From Hyalangium minutum (GTDB lineage Bacteria > Myxococcota > Myxococcia > Myxococcales > Myxococcaceae): a DNA stretch of 248,000 nt. The translations under genes and the position numbers were made by a program. The notes below the pieces were generated by a model that made no database searches, had not been told where the DNA came from, and worked only from the letters and a program-made list of their open reading frames with translations. Shown piece after piece: positions 81,023-92,119 of the stretch. Positions within the stretch are counted from its first letter, which is position 1, and the number at the start of each line of letters is the position of its first letter. The stretch covers positions 20,001-268,000 of the forward strand of contig NZ_JMCB01000013.1 of assembly GCF_000737315.1 (NCBI RefSeq), given 5' to 3'.

Positions 81023-81829
81023 ATGAACGAAACCCTGGTCTCGCTCGCCTGCCACGCGTACGGCTTTGCCGCGCTGGTGTACCTCACCTACCTGGCGCGC
81101 TCGTGGATGGCGCTGGCTGTCGTCGGGCGTGTGCTGGTGGGGGTGGGCCTCGTCCTCCATGGCGTGGCGCTGTTCTCGCTGCTGGGCGCACAAGGTGGGA
81201 TGCCCGTCGGCGCGGCGCAAGGATTCTCCACGCTGGCATTCCTGCTGCTGCTGTTCGGGCTGGTGTTGGACTTGCGCTACCGCAAGCCAGTCATTGGCGC
81301 CTTCATCACTCCGCTGGCGGTGACGGCGCTGGTGCCGGGGGTGCTGCTGCGGACGGGCCAGCCGCCGCTGACTCCCGCGCTGCGCCAGCCTTTGCTGCCG
81401 CTGCACATCACCCTTGCATTGGTGGGGATGGCGGCGTTCGCCGTGGCTGCAGGCGTGGGCGTCATGTACCTGCTCATGGAGCGAGAGGTGAGAGGCAAGC
81501 AGTTTGGCCTGTTGTTCTCCCGGCTGCCCTCGCTCGAGTTCCTGGACACGCTCAACAACCGGCTGGTGGTGGCGGGCTTCATCGCGCTGTCCATCACGCT
81601 GGCCACGGGGGCGTTCTTCGTCGCGGGCTCCAGCCAGGGGTTCACGTGGATGATGGATGCGAAGGTGCTGGCCACGCTGGTGGCGTGGGGGCTCTTCGCG
81701 GGGCTGGCGGGCGCGCGCGTGCTGGTGGGTTGGCGCGGGAGGCGCGTGGCGCTGCTGACGATGGCAGGCTTCGCGCTGGTGCTCGTGTCCTTCCTCTCCT
81801 CGTATGACTTCACCGGGGGGATGCGCTAG
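81023..81829 (+). CDS. CcsA-like cytochrome c assembly membrane protein
   Basis: LPLHITLA, LPSLE.LD, D.KV; co-oriented with hemA. Confidence 0.8.
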   Translation: MNETLVSLACHAYGFAALVYLTYLARSWMALAVVGRVLVGVGLVLHGVALFSLLGAQGGMPVGAAQGFSTLAFLLLLFGLVLDLRYRKPVIGAFITPLAVTALVPGVLLRTGQPPLTPALRQPLLPLHITLALVGMAAFAVAAGVGVMYLLMEREVRGKQFGLLFSRLPSLEFLDTLNNRLVVAGFIALSITLATGAFFVAGSSQGFTWMMDAKVLATLVAWGLFAGLAGARVLVGWRGRRVALLTMAGFALVLVSFLSSYDFTGGMR

Positions 81830-81831
81830 CC

Positions 81832-83157
81832 ATGGAGCTCATCTGCATTGGGCTGTCGCACCAGACCGCTCCCCAGGATGTGCGCGGACGGCTCGCACTG
81901 GAGAAGCAGGGCCAGATGGAGCTGCTCCAGCGCCTGGCGCAGGCCCCCACCGAGGCCTTGCTCATCTCCACCTGCAACCGGGTGGAGCTCTATGTGATGT
82001 CTCCGGACACGGCCCAGTCGGCCCACCGCGCCCGGGAGGAGCTGAGCCGCGTGGGCGGGGCCGAGACGCTGTCCCACCTCTATGAGCACCATGGGGCCGG
82101 TGCGCTGGAGCACCTGTTCCGCGTGGCCTCCAGCCTGGAGTCCATGGTGCTGGGCGAGGCGCAGATCCTCGGTCAGGTGAAGGAGTCCTTCGAACTGGGG
82201 CAGAGCGTCGGCGCGGTGCGCGGCGGGCTCACGCGCGTGTGCGCGGCGGCGTTCACCTGCGCCAAGCGCGCGCGCAACGAGACGGCGATTGGCCGCGCGG
82301 CCACCTCCATGGCCTCGGCGGCGGTGGCGCTGGCCACCAAGGTGTTCGATCAGCTGTCGGACAAGACGGCGGTGGTGATCGGCGCGGGCGAGATGGGCGA
82401 GCTGGCGGCGAAGCACCTGAAGCAGGCGAAGATCGGTCGGCTCATCATCACCAACCGGACGCTGGCCCGCGCGCAGGCGCTGGCGGAGAAGCTGGAGGGT
82501 GCGACGGCCCGTCCCCTCGAGGACCTGAGCGCGCTTCTGAAAGAGGCGGATGTGGTGGTGTGCGTGACGGGCGCTCAGGAGCCGCTGCTGACGAAGGAGA
82601 ACGTGGGCGCGGTGGGCCGGGCGCGCCGGTTCCGGCCGCTGTTCCTGGTGGACCTGTCAGTGCCTCGGAACATCGCGCCCGAGGTCTCCGAGCTGGACTG
82701 GGTGACGTCCTTCAACGTGGATGACATCCAGAAGTTCGTCGAGAAGAACGCGGCCGCGCGAGCCGAGGGCGCGCAGCAGGCCGGCGTCATCGTCATCCAG
82801 GAGGTGTCGCGCTTCATCCAGGACCGGGCGGTGCGCGAGGGCGTGCCGGTGCTGGCGCGGCTGCGGCAGCGGGCCGAGCAGATCGCCAAGGCCGAGGTGG
82901 AGAAGACACTGGCGGCGATGGGCGATGGGCTCACCGAGAAGCAGCGCAAGAGCATCGAGGCCATGGGCCGCGCCATCGTCAACAAGCTGCTGCACGAGCC
83001 CACCGCGAAGCTGCGCGCCGTGGGGCCCGAGAAGGAAGACAGCCACCGGCTCGCGGGCGCCGCGGCCGAGCTGTTCGGGCTGATCGATGAGCCCGCTCCG
83101 AATCCCTCGGAGCCCGAGGGACCCACGGCCGCCGTGGCCCATGGAGGCAAGCGATGA
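81832..83157 (+). CDS. hemA: Glutamyl-tRNA reductase
   Basis: [28 protein letters not shown]. Confidence 0.96.
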   Translation: MELICIGLSHQTAPQDVRGRLALEKQGQMELLQRLAQAPTEALLISTCNRVELYVMSPDTAQSAHRAREELSRVGGAETLSHLYEHHGAGALEHLFRVASSLESMVLGEAQILGQVKESFELGQSVGAVRGGLTRVCAAAFTCAKRARNETAIGRAATSMASAAVALATKVFDQLSDKTAVVIGAGEMGELAAKHLKQAKIGRLIITNRTLARAQALAEKLEGATARPLEDLSALLKEADVVVCVTGAQEPLLTKENVGAVGRARRFRPLFLVDLSVPRNIAPEVSELDWVTSFNVDDIQKFVEKNAAARAEGAQQAGVIVIQEVSRFIQDRAVREGVPVLARLRQRAEQIAKAEVEKTLAAMGDGLTEKQRKSIEAMGRAIVNKLLHEPTAKLRAVGPEKEDSHRLAGAAAELFGLIDEPAPNPSEPEGPTAAVAHGGKR

Positions 83158-84098
83158 CCCGCGCGGTGCGGATTGCTACCCGTCAGAGCCCGCTCGCACT
83201 GTGGCAGGCCCGCCACGTGGCGGCGCTGCTCAGGTCCCACCACACAGGGCTCGAGGTGTCCCTGGTGGAGATGACTACAGAGGGCGACCGGTTCCTCTCG
83301 GCGCCGCTGTCCGCCGTGGGCGGCAAGGGCCTGTTCGTGAAGGAGATCGAGCAGTGCTTGATCGATGGGCGCGCGGACATCGCCGTGCACAGCCTCAAGG
83401 ACATGACGTCCGTGCTGCCCGAGGGCCTGATGCTCGCGGCGGTGCCGGTGCGCGAGGACCCGCGCGACGCGTTCTGCAGCCCCACGGGGCTCACGCTGGA
83501 CACGCTGCCCCAGGGCGCGAAGGTGGGGACCTCCTCGCTGCGCCGCAGTTGCATCCTGCGCTCGCGGCGGCCGGATCTGGAGATCGTCAGCCTGCGCGGC
83601 AACGTGCAGACGCGGCTGCAGAAGACGAGAGAGATGGGGCTGGCGGGCGCGATGCTGGCCAGCGCGGGGCTCCGCCGTCTGGGCCTGGAGAAGGAGATCA
83701 CCGAGGTGGTGCCGACCGAGGTGAGTCTGCCGGCGGTGGGGCAGGGCGTGCTGGCGATCCAGTGCCGCACGAACGATGCAGAGGTCCGGGCGCTGCTCGC
83801 GCCGCTGGAGGATGCGGTGACGCGCATCGCCGTGACAGCCGAGCGGGCGCTCCTGGCGAAGCTGGAGGGTGGCTGCACGGTGCCGATGGCGGGCCACGCC
83901 ACGGTGAAGGCCGGCGAGGTGCACCTGCGCGGCTTCGTGGGGCGTCCGGACGGCTCGAGGGTGGTGGCCGGCGAGGTCCGCGGCCCGGTGAGCAACGCCC
84001 ACGCGCTGGGGGATGCGCTCGCGGATGAACTGCTCTCGCGCGGCGCCCAGGAGATCCTCCGCGACTTTGGGCGTACCGGGTTTGTTCCGAACTCCTGA
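83154..84098 (+). CDS. hemC: Hydroxymethylbilane synthase
   Basis: [37 protein letters not shown]. Confidence 0.96.
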   Translation: MTRAVRIATRQSPLALWQARHVAALLRSHHTGLEVSLVEMTTEGDRFLSAPLSAVGGKGLFVKEIEQCLIDGRADIAVHSLKDMTSVLPEGLMLAAVPVREDPRDAFCSPTGLTLDTLPQGAKVGTSSLRRSCILRSRRPDLEIVSLRGNVQTRLQKTREMGLAGAMLASAGLRRLGLEKEITEVVPTEVSLPAVGQGVLAIQCRTNDAEVRALLAPLEDAVTRIAVTAERALLAKLEGGCTVPMAGHATVKAGEVHLRGFVGRPDGSRVVAGEVRGPVSNAHALGDALADELLSRGAQEILRDFGRTGFVPNS

Positions 84099-84212
84099 GG
84101 AGGCAGAGCCTCAGAACCAGAGAGCGGCTGCCTCCACTTGAGTGGAACCGGTGAGCGGCTACTTGGGGCGCGGCTATCATGCCCGGCAGGATGGCGCCTG
84201 TGGGAGGGCCTC

Positions 84213-84454
84213 ATGAGATGGAAGCCGGTGGTCTGCGCGGTGTGGCTGGTGGGGTAACAGGGTGCCCTCATTCCTTCGGGCGTGGGGGAACCATTGAGCG
84301 CGCCGCAGCCAAAGACACCCGGGAAACCTACGGCCCGCAGTTCCCCCCGTGTACGGAGGAAGTGCGAAAACAACTCTGCCCTATGGGCCAAGACCCCAGC
84401 GCCAAATGCCTGCAGGTGTGTGGCGAAGAACTGGATGAGGGAGAGGACTGGTGA
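84213..84454 (+). pseudogene. Small Cys-rich lipoprotein with a 1-nt frameshift in a G-run
   Basis: ATG 84213 with GGGAGG RBS reads MRWKPVVCAVWLVG*; one extra G at 84251-84254 gives VTGC lipobox and the rest; paralog at 216073-216285. Confidence 0.65.
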
Positions 84455-85350
84455 AGTGGCGTGGCGTGCTTGTAGCCGGGCTGGGAGGAGCCTTGGTGCT
84501 CCCCCTCGCTTGGCTCGTGTGGGTCGCGCTGTATGCGGCGCCCCAACTTCCAGGCCCTGCCATGGTGAAGCTCGGCCCGGTGCTCACCCACGAGCAGCGC
84601 AGGAGCTTGCGCACATACCACCGTGGCTGCCGCACCACGGCAGACTGCGATCCGCCGCTGGGGTGTCTCGACGACTTACGCTACTTGCGGCGCTTCTGCA
84701 CCGACAGCGAGTGCATGACGGATGGGCAGTGCCCTGAAGGTCATGTCTGCCGTGTCGTGCAGACAGCGAAGGGGCCCTGGCTCAAGCAATGTGTCTTGCT
84801 GGGCGTCCGAGGGGAAGGGGAGCGGTGCTACCAAACACCCCCGCGGACTGTGCAGGCGTGCCGTGACGGGTTGCTGTGCGCGGGAGATGGATGGTGCGGG
84901 CGGCCGTGCCGCCCAGAGCAGGCCGCCAGTTGCCCCGAGGGCTTCTTTTGCGCAGACATAGAGCCGGAGCCCGCATGCTTGCCCACATGCGAGGAGCGGG
85001 GATGTCCGGAGGGGCAGGAGTGCATGCGCGGCAGCCAGGAAGACATTGCCTCCACCTGCGCGGTGGTGCATGGCCACAACTGCCAGAAGAGTTCGTGTCC
85101 TGAGGGCTTCTGGTGCGAGGACTTCCTCATCCCTGCGCGTCCCGGAGAGGCTTGGGTGCGCTGTGCCCAGAGCTGCTTGGAGCCGGATTCGCCTCCGTGC
85201 CCGTCTGGCGAGGTGTGTTCCCTCATCTCCTGTGAGCGTCTTTGCTCCCCGGAGCAGACCGGCGCATGCGGCGAGGGCTTCCACTGCATCCAGGTGCAGG
85301 AGGACGGGCCCTGGCTCTGCAAGCCGGAGTGGTACCGCCCACGCGAGTAG
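84451..85350 (+). CDS. Membrane-anchored Cys-rich repeat protein
   Basis: N-terminal TM and many C..D..CP.G..C units; paralog at 215195. Confidence 0.75.
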   Translation: MKWRGVLVAGLGGALVLPLAWLVWVALYAAPQLPGPAMVKLGPVLTHEQRRSLRTYHRGCRTTADCDPPLGCLDDLRYLRRFCTDSECMTDGQCPEGHVCRVVQTAKGPWLKQCVLLGVRGEGERCYQTPPRTVQACRDGLLCAGDGWCGRPCRPEQAASCPEGFFCADIEPEPACLPTCEERGCPEGQECMRGSQEDIASTCAVVHGHNCQKSSCPEGFWCEDFLIPARPGEAWVRCAQSCLEPDSPPCPSGEVCSLISCERLCSPEQTGACGEGFHCIQVQEDGPWLCKPEWYRPRE

Positions 85351-85454
85351 TTTCAGGTGAGCGGTGGAACAACCTAGGGGGTGAGGGGATGCACACCCGC
85401 CTCAGGAGGGAGGCGGACGTCTGACGTTCCGTGTAGAGTGAGAGACTCGGGAGG

Positions 85455-86435
85455 TTGTCCGTGTCTCTGTGGCCCGTCCGCGCCGTGCTGGTGCTCGTCC
85501 TGCTGTGGGGGTGGCCTTCACAGGCGCAACCCCGCTCCGAAGAACCTCCGCAGTCCCCGCGGCAGCTGGAGCTTCCGCCGCTTCGGGGCGTTGCCGCTGT
85601 GAATGTGGCACCGGGCATGCCCACGACGCTCCTGTTCAACGCGCCGCTGGACCGGAGCGCGGTGGAGCGCGCGGCCCATGAGCTGGGCCTGGCCCGGGTG
85701 GCCGTGGCGGAGGACACGCTGACGGTGGTGCCCGCTATGGGGGCGCAGGCAGGCACACGGCTGCGGCTGCCGGTGCGGTTCGCGGAAGGCTCCACGCAGG
85801 AGGGCGAGGTCGTGGTGTTCGTCGTGGATCCGCTGAACGCGGAGGCGCACGTGGAGGTGACGCGTCGCATGCGCACCGTCCCCGCCCTGGAAGAGGCGCT
85901 GGCCGCCGAGCGTGCGCGGTCCGCCTCGCAGGCGGCGGAGCTGGCCGCCAGGGACGTGCAGGTGGCGGAGTTGCACGCCGCCCAGGGAGATCTGGCGGGG
86001 CTGATCGAGGCTGGCACTCTGGGGCCGGAAGGCATCTCCGTCCAGCAAGTGCAGACTGACGGTTGGTACCTCGCTCCTGGCTTCCGTGCAGGGACCGCTC
86101 AGCTCTATGTGACCGCCGGGCGCAGGGCCCTGGTCGCGGAGCTCCACCTCCTTGCGGGTGAACGCCCGTGGGCGCCCGCAGGGGCCACGCTGCAACCTGT
86201 GTCGGCTGGAACGCTGGAACGCTGGAACGCACGAGTGGTGCGGCTATTGGGAACAGACGTGATCACGCCCGGTGGCCGAGCCCTCCTCGTGGTGGAGTTT
86301 GAGGTGCCCGTGGGTGGCTTGGCGCAGGAGTACCGGATGACGGTGCGGGAACAAGAGGGGCTGCGGGCGTTCGTGCTTCGGGTTCGCGAGAGCCCGCCTG
86401 GGCGCAGGGGGGAAGCCAGAGGAGGCAGGCCATGA
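85455..86435 (+). CDS. DUF2381-type protein
   Basis: VAPGMPTTLLF, PVRFAEG, AHVEV.R; directly precedes a kinase. Confidence 0.65.
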   Translation: MSVSLWPVRAVLVLVLLWGWPSQAQPRSEEPPQSPRQLELPPLRGVAAVNVAPGMPTTLLFNAPLDRSAVERAAHELGLARVAVAEDTLTVVPAMGAQAGTRLRLPVRFAEGSTQEGEVVVFVVDPLNAEAHVEVTRRMRTVPALEEALAAERARSASQAAELAARDVQVAELHAAQGDLAGLIEAGTLGPEGISVQQVQTDGWYLAPGFRAGTAQLYVTAGRRALVAELHLLAGERPWAPAGATLQPVSAGTLERWNARVVRLLGTDVITPGGRALLVVEFEVPVGGLAQEYRMTVREQEGLRAFVLRVRESPPGRRGEARGGRP

Positions 86436-88405
86436 GTCAACACAGGCGGCTCCCTTCGGCGGACGCCGAAGAGGTCCCGGTCCCAGCCGAGCTGCTGCAG
86501 GGAACAGAGGTGAACGGCTTCCGGCTCGTGCGGTATCTGGACCAAGGGGGCTATGGGTGTGTGTGGGTGGCGGAAAACATTCACTGTCCTGGCCAGTACT
86601 GCGCGCTGAAGTTCTGCCTGCACTCACCCGAGGAGGACCCGACGGCGGACGCCCGGGCGCTGCGCGAGGTCCAGTTGCTGCTCCAGGCAGCGCACCCCAA
86701 CGTGCGCGGAGTTCTGGGCCATGGGCGGTGGCCCAACGCGAAGACGGGCATCGTCTACATCATCCTGGAGTGGGTGGAGGGGGCCACGTTGCTGGAGTGG
86801 GCACGCCAGGCCAATCCCTCCTTCCGTCAGGTGGTGCACCTGGCTCAGAAACTCGCGCGGGCGCTCCAAGAGGCCCATGAGCGGCAGGTCATGCACCGCG
86901 ACGTGAAGCCGGACAACGTGCTGGTGCGAGCGGTGGACGGGGAGCCCTTCCTGTCGGACTTCGGGATGGGGCAGACTGAGCGCAGCACCCCGCTCACCTG
87001 GGGCGGAGCCCCCCCTGGCACCCGGAGTTACCTCAGCCCCGAGGCGCTGGCGTTCTCGCCGCGTTGGGGGAAGCGCACCTACCGCTTCCGGCCCGCGGAT
87101 GACTGGTACGCGCTGGGGGTGACGCTCTATCAACTGCTCACGGAGGTGCTTCCGTTTCCGGACGAGGGCATGGGCAGGGAGTCGGTGCGGGGGATGGCGC
87201 TGCGGCAACCCGTTCCTCCGCACCTGCTCAATCCCCGGGTGCCCCTGCCGCTGAGCCGGGTGGTGATGCGGATGCTGAGCAGCCGCCTCCAAGGGCGCTA
87301 CCGCGATGGGAGGGCACTGTGTGAGGCCCTGGAGAGGGGACTTTCAGGGGCGGGTGTCTGGGATACGCCTGTGTATGAGCCCCACCCGCCCCAGCAACAG
87401 GGACAGACACCGACGCAGGAACCCACCCCAGGGGATGGCCCCCCTGCACAAGATGAAGAGGTGGCCTGGAATCACGCCGTCAAGCCGCAGCACGCACTGG
87501 AGGAGCAGCGGCGGGCCGTTGTGCTCAGCCGGCGCGACGCACTGCTGCCACGCCAGGCCAGAGCCTGGGGCCGGGTGGCACGATGGAGCCGGAGGACCCT
87601 GGCGCTGGTGGCGGTGGCCATGATGGCCTGGGTTGCATGGCGCTCGGCAGGGGCTCTGTTCCCTGGCGCCGGGAGCACCCCCGAGCAGGCCCCCCGCTCA
87701 GCTTTGGCTGCCCGGGAAGCGCCTTTTCTTTCACCTGCGGACGAACCGGCCCCAGAGTTTGTTGCGGTATTTCCCTCTCAACCCAGCCTGACGCCTGTCA
87801 CCGCCCGTGCTGAGAAAACTTTGAAGGACGACAGCCCCATGGAGACACCCAAGAGTTCATTGCCGAGCCCGCCTGCTGCCACTTCCCCACGTCCGCGCGG
87901 CGCTGGGGGCGCCCGGAAGGCGGCCTTGTGCGCTGCGGGTGTGATCGCCACGGGCTGCTCAGGCATCCCGTTGCGGCCGTCGGCTCAGGAGTGTCCGCCC
88001 GCAGCCATTCAGAACATGCGGGCGCGGCGCATCGGGGTGAAGCGAGGCATGCAGATCAAACTGGATGTGACCGGTCCTGAGGGAGAAGTCCAACTCAAGG
88101 CGGGACAGAAGGTGGTGAGCGAATCGCGAGACAACACAGGTTTCATAGGTCCCGGTGGGGTTCCCGAGGACGGCACCCTCCTGTACGGCAAGGTGGTCGC
88201 AGGGGGAGAGGGGCTTTTCTTCGTCCGCTATGAGGAGGCGCTCTTTCCGGGCGAATCAGAGAAGGTCCCTATCTGCGCTCACGCCGCTGATGCAGGCACT
88301 AACTGGTATGCGCTCACAGCGGAGCCCGGCTCGACGAACGAGATCTTCACCACCTTGAATAACAGCACCGCCATCTTCTTGCTCCAGTTTCCCGGCGAGC
88401 CGTGA
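86432..88405 (+). CDS. Ser/Thr protein kinase
   Basis: GGYG, ALK, HRDVKPDN, DFG, SPE. Confidence 0.88.
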   Translation: MSQHRRLPSADAEEVPVPAELLQGTEVNGFRLVRYLDQGGYGCVWVAENIHCPGQYCALKFCLHSPEEDPTADARALREVQLLLQAAHPNVRGVLGHGRWPNAKTGIVYIILEWVEGATLLEWARQANPSFRQVVHLAQKLARALQEAHERQVMHRDVKPDNVLVRAVDGEPFLSDFGMGQTERSTPLTWGGAPPGTRSYLSPEALAFSPRWGKRTYRFRPADDWYALGVTLYQLLTEVLPFPDEGMGRESVRGMALRQPVPPHLLNPRVPLPLSRVVMRMLSSRLQGRYRDGRALCEALERGLSGAGVWDTPVYEPHPPQQQGQTPTQEPTPGDGPPAQDEEVAWNHAVKPQHALEEQRRAVVLSRRDALLPRQARAWGRVARWSRRTLALVAVAMMAWVAWRSAGALFPGAGSTPEQAPRSALAAREAPFLSPADEPAPEFVAVFPSQPSLTPVTARAEKTLKDDSPMETPKSSLPSPPAATSPRPRGAGGARKAALCAAGVIATGCSGIPLRPSAQECPPAAIQNMRARRIGVKRGMQIKLDVTGPEGEVQLKAGQKVVSESRDNTGFIGPGGVPEDGTLLYGKVVAGGEGLFFVRYEEALFPGESEKVPICAHAADAGTNWYALTAEPGSTNEIFTTLNNSTAIFLLQFPGEP

Positions 88406-88576
88406 AGCCCCCGCGCGTCGCCTGCAGCCCAATCTCCCCACTCACAGGGTATGGCGGCTGGCGGCTTTTTCATGTTACTCTCTGGGTATGAAGACGCGGC
88501 AGAACCCCTGAAGTCGTCTTCATGTTGGCCCTCACCCCATGGCCCAGCCGCCGTGGACCTTCCCAGGAGTGCATGC

Positions 88577-89704
88577 ATGCCCACTCGAGCTGCCACCTAT
88601 TCCCTGTCTCCGGAAGCCCCTCGCTTCACCGTGGGCTCGCGTACCTACGCCGCCGTTCGCAGCCTGGGGCCGTACGGCGTGGGGGAGCGCTTCCTCGCGC
88701 GCCCCGTGGACGCTGGGGAGCCGGGAGCGCTGGTGCTGATCCAACGGCTGCATGCCACACCCAGCGAGGGAGATCGCCGGCGGCTGCTGGAGGAAGCGCG
88801 GCTGCTGCGTCTGTTGAATCACCCCAGCATTCCGCGCGTGCTCGCGGTGGCGCCGGGCGCGCAGCGTCCGTGGGTGGCGCTGGAGTATGTGGAGGGCATG
88901 TCCCTGGAGCGGGTATTGAACCGGGCCGTCGTGAGGCGCCAGCCGATGTCGGCGCCGTTCGCGGCCTCTGTCGTCGCCCAGGTGGCGGATGCGCTCCACG
89001 CCGCGCATGGGCTGGAGGATGAGCGCGGGCAGTTGCTCCACCTCGTTCACCGGGACGTCTGTCCGCGCCATATCTTTCTGACCCGCGATGGAGAGGTTCA
89101 GCTCACCGCCTTTGGCGCGGCGTTCACCACGCGTCCAGGGCGTCCTGCCACGCCGGGCCTGCTCGTGAAGGGGACCGGGGAGTACTCGGCGCCCGAGGTC
89201 CTGGTGCACCGGGTGCCGGACGCCCGCGCGGACATCTTCTCCCTGGGGCTCATCTTGCTGGAGCTGCTCAGCAACCGCTATCTGCTGGATCCTTCGGATG
89301 AGGGCGTGCCGCGCGCCCTGCCCGGTCACCTGGCGAAGCTGGAGAACAGACTCCGGGCCGAGGATCCGGGCTGGGCGCCGCCCGCGCACCTGGCGGCCCG
89401 TGCCGAGCACTTGCGGCCAGAGGACGTGGAGCGTGTGACTGCCGGGGCGCCTGCCGCACTGCGCGCCGTGGTGCTCCGGGCCCTGCGGCTCCAGCCGGAG
89501 GAGCGGTACGCTTCCGCCTTGACCCTGCGGGATGAGCTGCACGGCTTCCTCGCGCAGCAGGCCCAGCCCTACGGCAAAGAGGAGCGGCTGGCGGAACTGC
89601 AGAGGCGGATCTCCACACGGGGGTATCGCCGGGAAGGCGTGGAGACGAGCCAGGAGCCGGTGCCTGCAGAGTTCCGGCGCCCCCGCGCTGGAATGGAGGG
89701 CTGA
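88577..89704 (+). CDS. Ser/Thr kinase-like protein (degenerate motifs)
   Basis: HRDVCPRH; AFG in place of DFG; APE, DIFSLG. Confidence 0.75.
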   Translation: MPTRAATYSLSPEAPRFTVGSRTYAAVRSLGPYGVGERFLARPVDAGEPGALVLIQRLHATPSEGDRRRLLEEARLLRLLNHPSIPRVLAVAPGAQRPWVALEYVEGMSLERVLNRAVVRRQPMSAPFAASVVAQVADALHAAHGLEDERGQLLHLVHRDVCPRHIFLTRDGEVQLTAFGAAFTTRPGRPATPGLLVKGTGEYSAPEVLVHRVPDARADIFSLGLILLELLSNRYLLDPSDEGVPRALPGHLAKLENRLRAEDPGWAPPAHLAARAEHLRPEDVERVTAGAPAALRAVVLRALRLQPEERYASALTLRDELHGFLAQQAQPYGKEERLAELQRRISTRGYRREGVETSQEPVPAEFRRPRAGMEG

Positions 89705-89788
89705 CAGCCCCCATCGCTTGTGGGTGGGCAACTCCCCACCCATGTCGATGCGCCGTTTGGCAGCGACACCTGCGGCGCGGCTGGGCGC

Positions 89789-90667
89789 TCAGTGCATCGG
89801 TCCGGTGGGAGGCATGGGTTCGAAGACGATCAGCTGCGGGCTGTAGAGGAACCCTTCATCCGCGCGTGGCTGACGGAACTTCCACTGCAACTCTTCGTCC
89901 ACCAGCATGTCCCCCGCTTTGAATCGCACCCCCGTGGAGTGCATCGTGTCGAAGGTGCTCCTGAAGAGCCGATAGATGTTCCGGACATCCTGGTCTCTGT
90001 CGATGTGCAGGGCCAGGTCTGGCATGTTGAGCCGTGGGGCGCCGCAGGTGCGAACCCAGAGCCCTTCGTGGCCCTCCACCTGCAGTGTCACGAAGCCAAT
90101 AAACAAGGTCATCCACGGCAAGGTGCTCAGCACCTGCTCCAGCTCTTCTCCAGGCTGGGGAGCGAGCCGCACCACCGGACAGGAGGTGCACGCGTTCGGG
90201 TTCAGCACGACGGAGGCCCCCAAGGGCAGCAGCCCCACCGCGATCTTCGCCAGGGCTCGGTATTGCTCCAAGGGCGACCGCTCCTGGCCCTTGTAGATGA
90301 GGATGGCATGCGCGGTGTGCGCATGGGCCTGCTCCTTCCACGCATCTTCGTAGAGCAGCGCGGTGTTGACCGTCTGCTCCAGCAGGTCCGCGGGCGCGGG
90401 CACGCTCAGGAACCCCACATACACGGTGTGCTGTGCCCACTGCACCAGGGCCAGTTGCTCCATCAATCCCACGCTGGGGCCTTCGATGGGGATCCTCATC
90501 TCCACGCGGACGTGCGCCAGAGACGGGTGCACCTTCTGGAGCATGCGCGTGAAGGTGTCCGCGAAGGGCCAGACGGCGCGCGGGAACAAGACTTGAAGGT
90601 TCAAAGGCGGCTCTTGCTGGGAGGCAAGCGCCCTGTTCCTGGCTCGGAGTAACTTTCGAAGTCCCAC
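89789..90667 (-). CDS. DUF4261-like hypothetical protein
   Basis: LWVRTCG..LNMPDL C-terminal pattern. Confidence 0.55.
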   Translation of the reverse strand: MGLRKLLRARNRALASQQEPPLNLQVLFPRAVWPFADTFTRMLQKVHPSLAHVRVEMRIPIEGPSVGLMEQLALVQWAQHTVYVGFLSVPAPADLLEQTVNTALLYEDAWKEQAHAHTAHAILIYKGQERSPLEQYRALAKIAVGLLPLGASVVLNPNACTSCPVVRLAPQPGEELEQVLSTLPWMTLFIGFVTLQVEGHEGLWVRTCGAPRLNMPDLALHIDRDQDVRNIYRLFRSTFDTMHSTGVRFKAGDMLVDEELQWKFRQPRADEGFLYSPQLIVFEPMPPTGPMH

Positions 90668-90799
90668 GGATCCTCCCCATGAAGGCGGGCCGCTCGTGCC
90701 CCACCTGTTGGGTGGGGAGGAACGCAGAAATCACGCGCGAAGTCCAGGGGCAGAATCCGCTTCAAGGCGCTCTGGTGACCTGGGCTAGAGTCCGCGCCC

Positions 90800-91561
90800 G
90801 TGGAACGGCGACTCGAAGGCAAGCGCGTCCTGGTCACGCGCCCGAAAGAGCGGGTGGAAGAGCTGTGCTTCCTCCTGGAGGACGAGGGTGCGGAGGTGCT
90901 CAGCCTCCCCTTGCTGGAGTTGCGTCCTCCCGAGGATCCCCGGCCGCTCATGGCCGCTGCGGAGTCCATTCAGCGCTACCGGTGGGTGGTGTTCGCCAGC
91001 CCCTCGGCTGTGGAGGCGTTGATGGAGGCCTTGCGCGAGGCGGGCACGGCGGACCTCATGGGCCGCGTGCGCGTGGCGGCGGTGGGGCCACGCACGGCCC
91101 GTGTGGCCGAGAGCTACGGCTTGAAGGTGGCCGCCGAGCCCACCGAGTCCACGGGCCTGGGGCTCTTCGAGGCGCTCCGGTCCGAGCTTCACCCGGACGA
91201 CGAGGTGCTCCTGCCCGCCGCCGAGGAGGGGCGCCGCGAGCTGGAGCTGGCGCTGCGTGAGCAAGGCGTGCGTGTCACCCGGGTGACGGCGTACCGGACC
91301 ACGCCCGCCGCGTTGCCTCCCGAGGCCCAGGAGCTGCTGCGCACCGCTCCGCCGGACGTGGTGCTCTTCGCCTCGCCGCGCACGGTGGAGGTGTTCCTGG
91401 AGGCCGCCGGCCGCGAGCGGCTGGAGCAGGCCCGGGTGGTGGCCATTGGCCCGACGACTGCGGGCGCGCTGGCCCGGCTGGGCATCGAGGTGGCTGCGGT
91501 GGCCGAGCAGCCCACCCCTGAAGGGCTCGTGGACGCCGCGAGCCGAGCCATTCACGGGTAA
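90800..91561 (+). CDS. hemD: Uroporphyrinogen-III synthase
   Basis: VLVTRP, FASPSAV, AVGPRT, AIGPTT. Confidence 0.92.
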   Translation: MERRLEGKRVLVTRPKERVEELCFLLEDEGAEVLSLPLLELRPPEDPRPLMAAAESIQRYRWVVFASPSAVEALMEALREAGTADLMGRVRVAAVGPRTARVAESYGLKVAAEPTESTGLGLFEALRSELHPDDEVLLPAAEEGRRELELALREQGVRVTRVTAYRTTPAALPPEAQELLRTAPPDVVLFASPRTVEVFLEAAGRERLEQARVVAIGPTTAGALARLGIEVAAVAEQPTPEGLVDAASRAIHG

Positions 91562-91573
91562 GCTGGGGCCACC

Positions 91574-92119
91574 ATGGGTTCTCTCCGCCTCCTCGGGCTG
91601 ATGATCGTTCTCGGCCTGCCTGCGCTCGCCGGGGCCTCGGGTCTGCCCCCGCAGACGCTGGCCGAGCTGGCCGGGCCATCGGATCGGATCGTCCTCGCGC
91701 GCGTGGTGGACCAGCGCGTCAATGTGCCAAATGGCAACGTGAGACAGATGACCACCATCTCCCGGTTGGAGGTGCTGGAGGAGTACCGTGGGCAGGGACC
91801 GCGCGCGCTGGAGCTGGTGCAGCTGGGCGGACGCAGCGGCTTGTGGGAGTCGCACCTGGCGGGAGATGCGAAGATCGCCGCGGGAGAGACGGCGCTGATG
91901 TTCCTCCGCTGCCCGGATCCGAAGGCGGTGGAGCGGTGCGTGCTGGTAGGGCAGGGCGCCGGGAAGCACACGGTGACGGAGGGCGCCCAGGGGCGGCGGG
92001 AGGTGGAGCTCACCGCGCGGGTGAAGGGCGGCCCGGTCCGGCGGTCCTTGGATGAAGTCGTGGACGAGATCCGGCGGGCGACTCTGCCCCCGGCGCAGCA
92101 GGAGAGGGGCAAGCGATGA
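91574..92119 (+). CDS. Secreted partner protein upstream of a metalloprotease
   Basis: Signal peptide; similar to 126695-127270. Confidence 0.7.
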   Translation: MGSLRLLGLMIVLGLPALAGASGLPPQTLAELAGPSDRIVLARVVDQRVNVPNGNVRQMTTISRLEVLEEYRGQGPRALELVQLGGRSGLWESHLAGDAKIAAGETALMFLRCPDPKAVERCVLVGQGAGKHTVTEGAQGRREVELTARVKGGPVRRSLDEVVDEIRRATLPPAQQERGKR

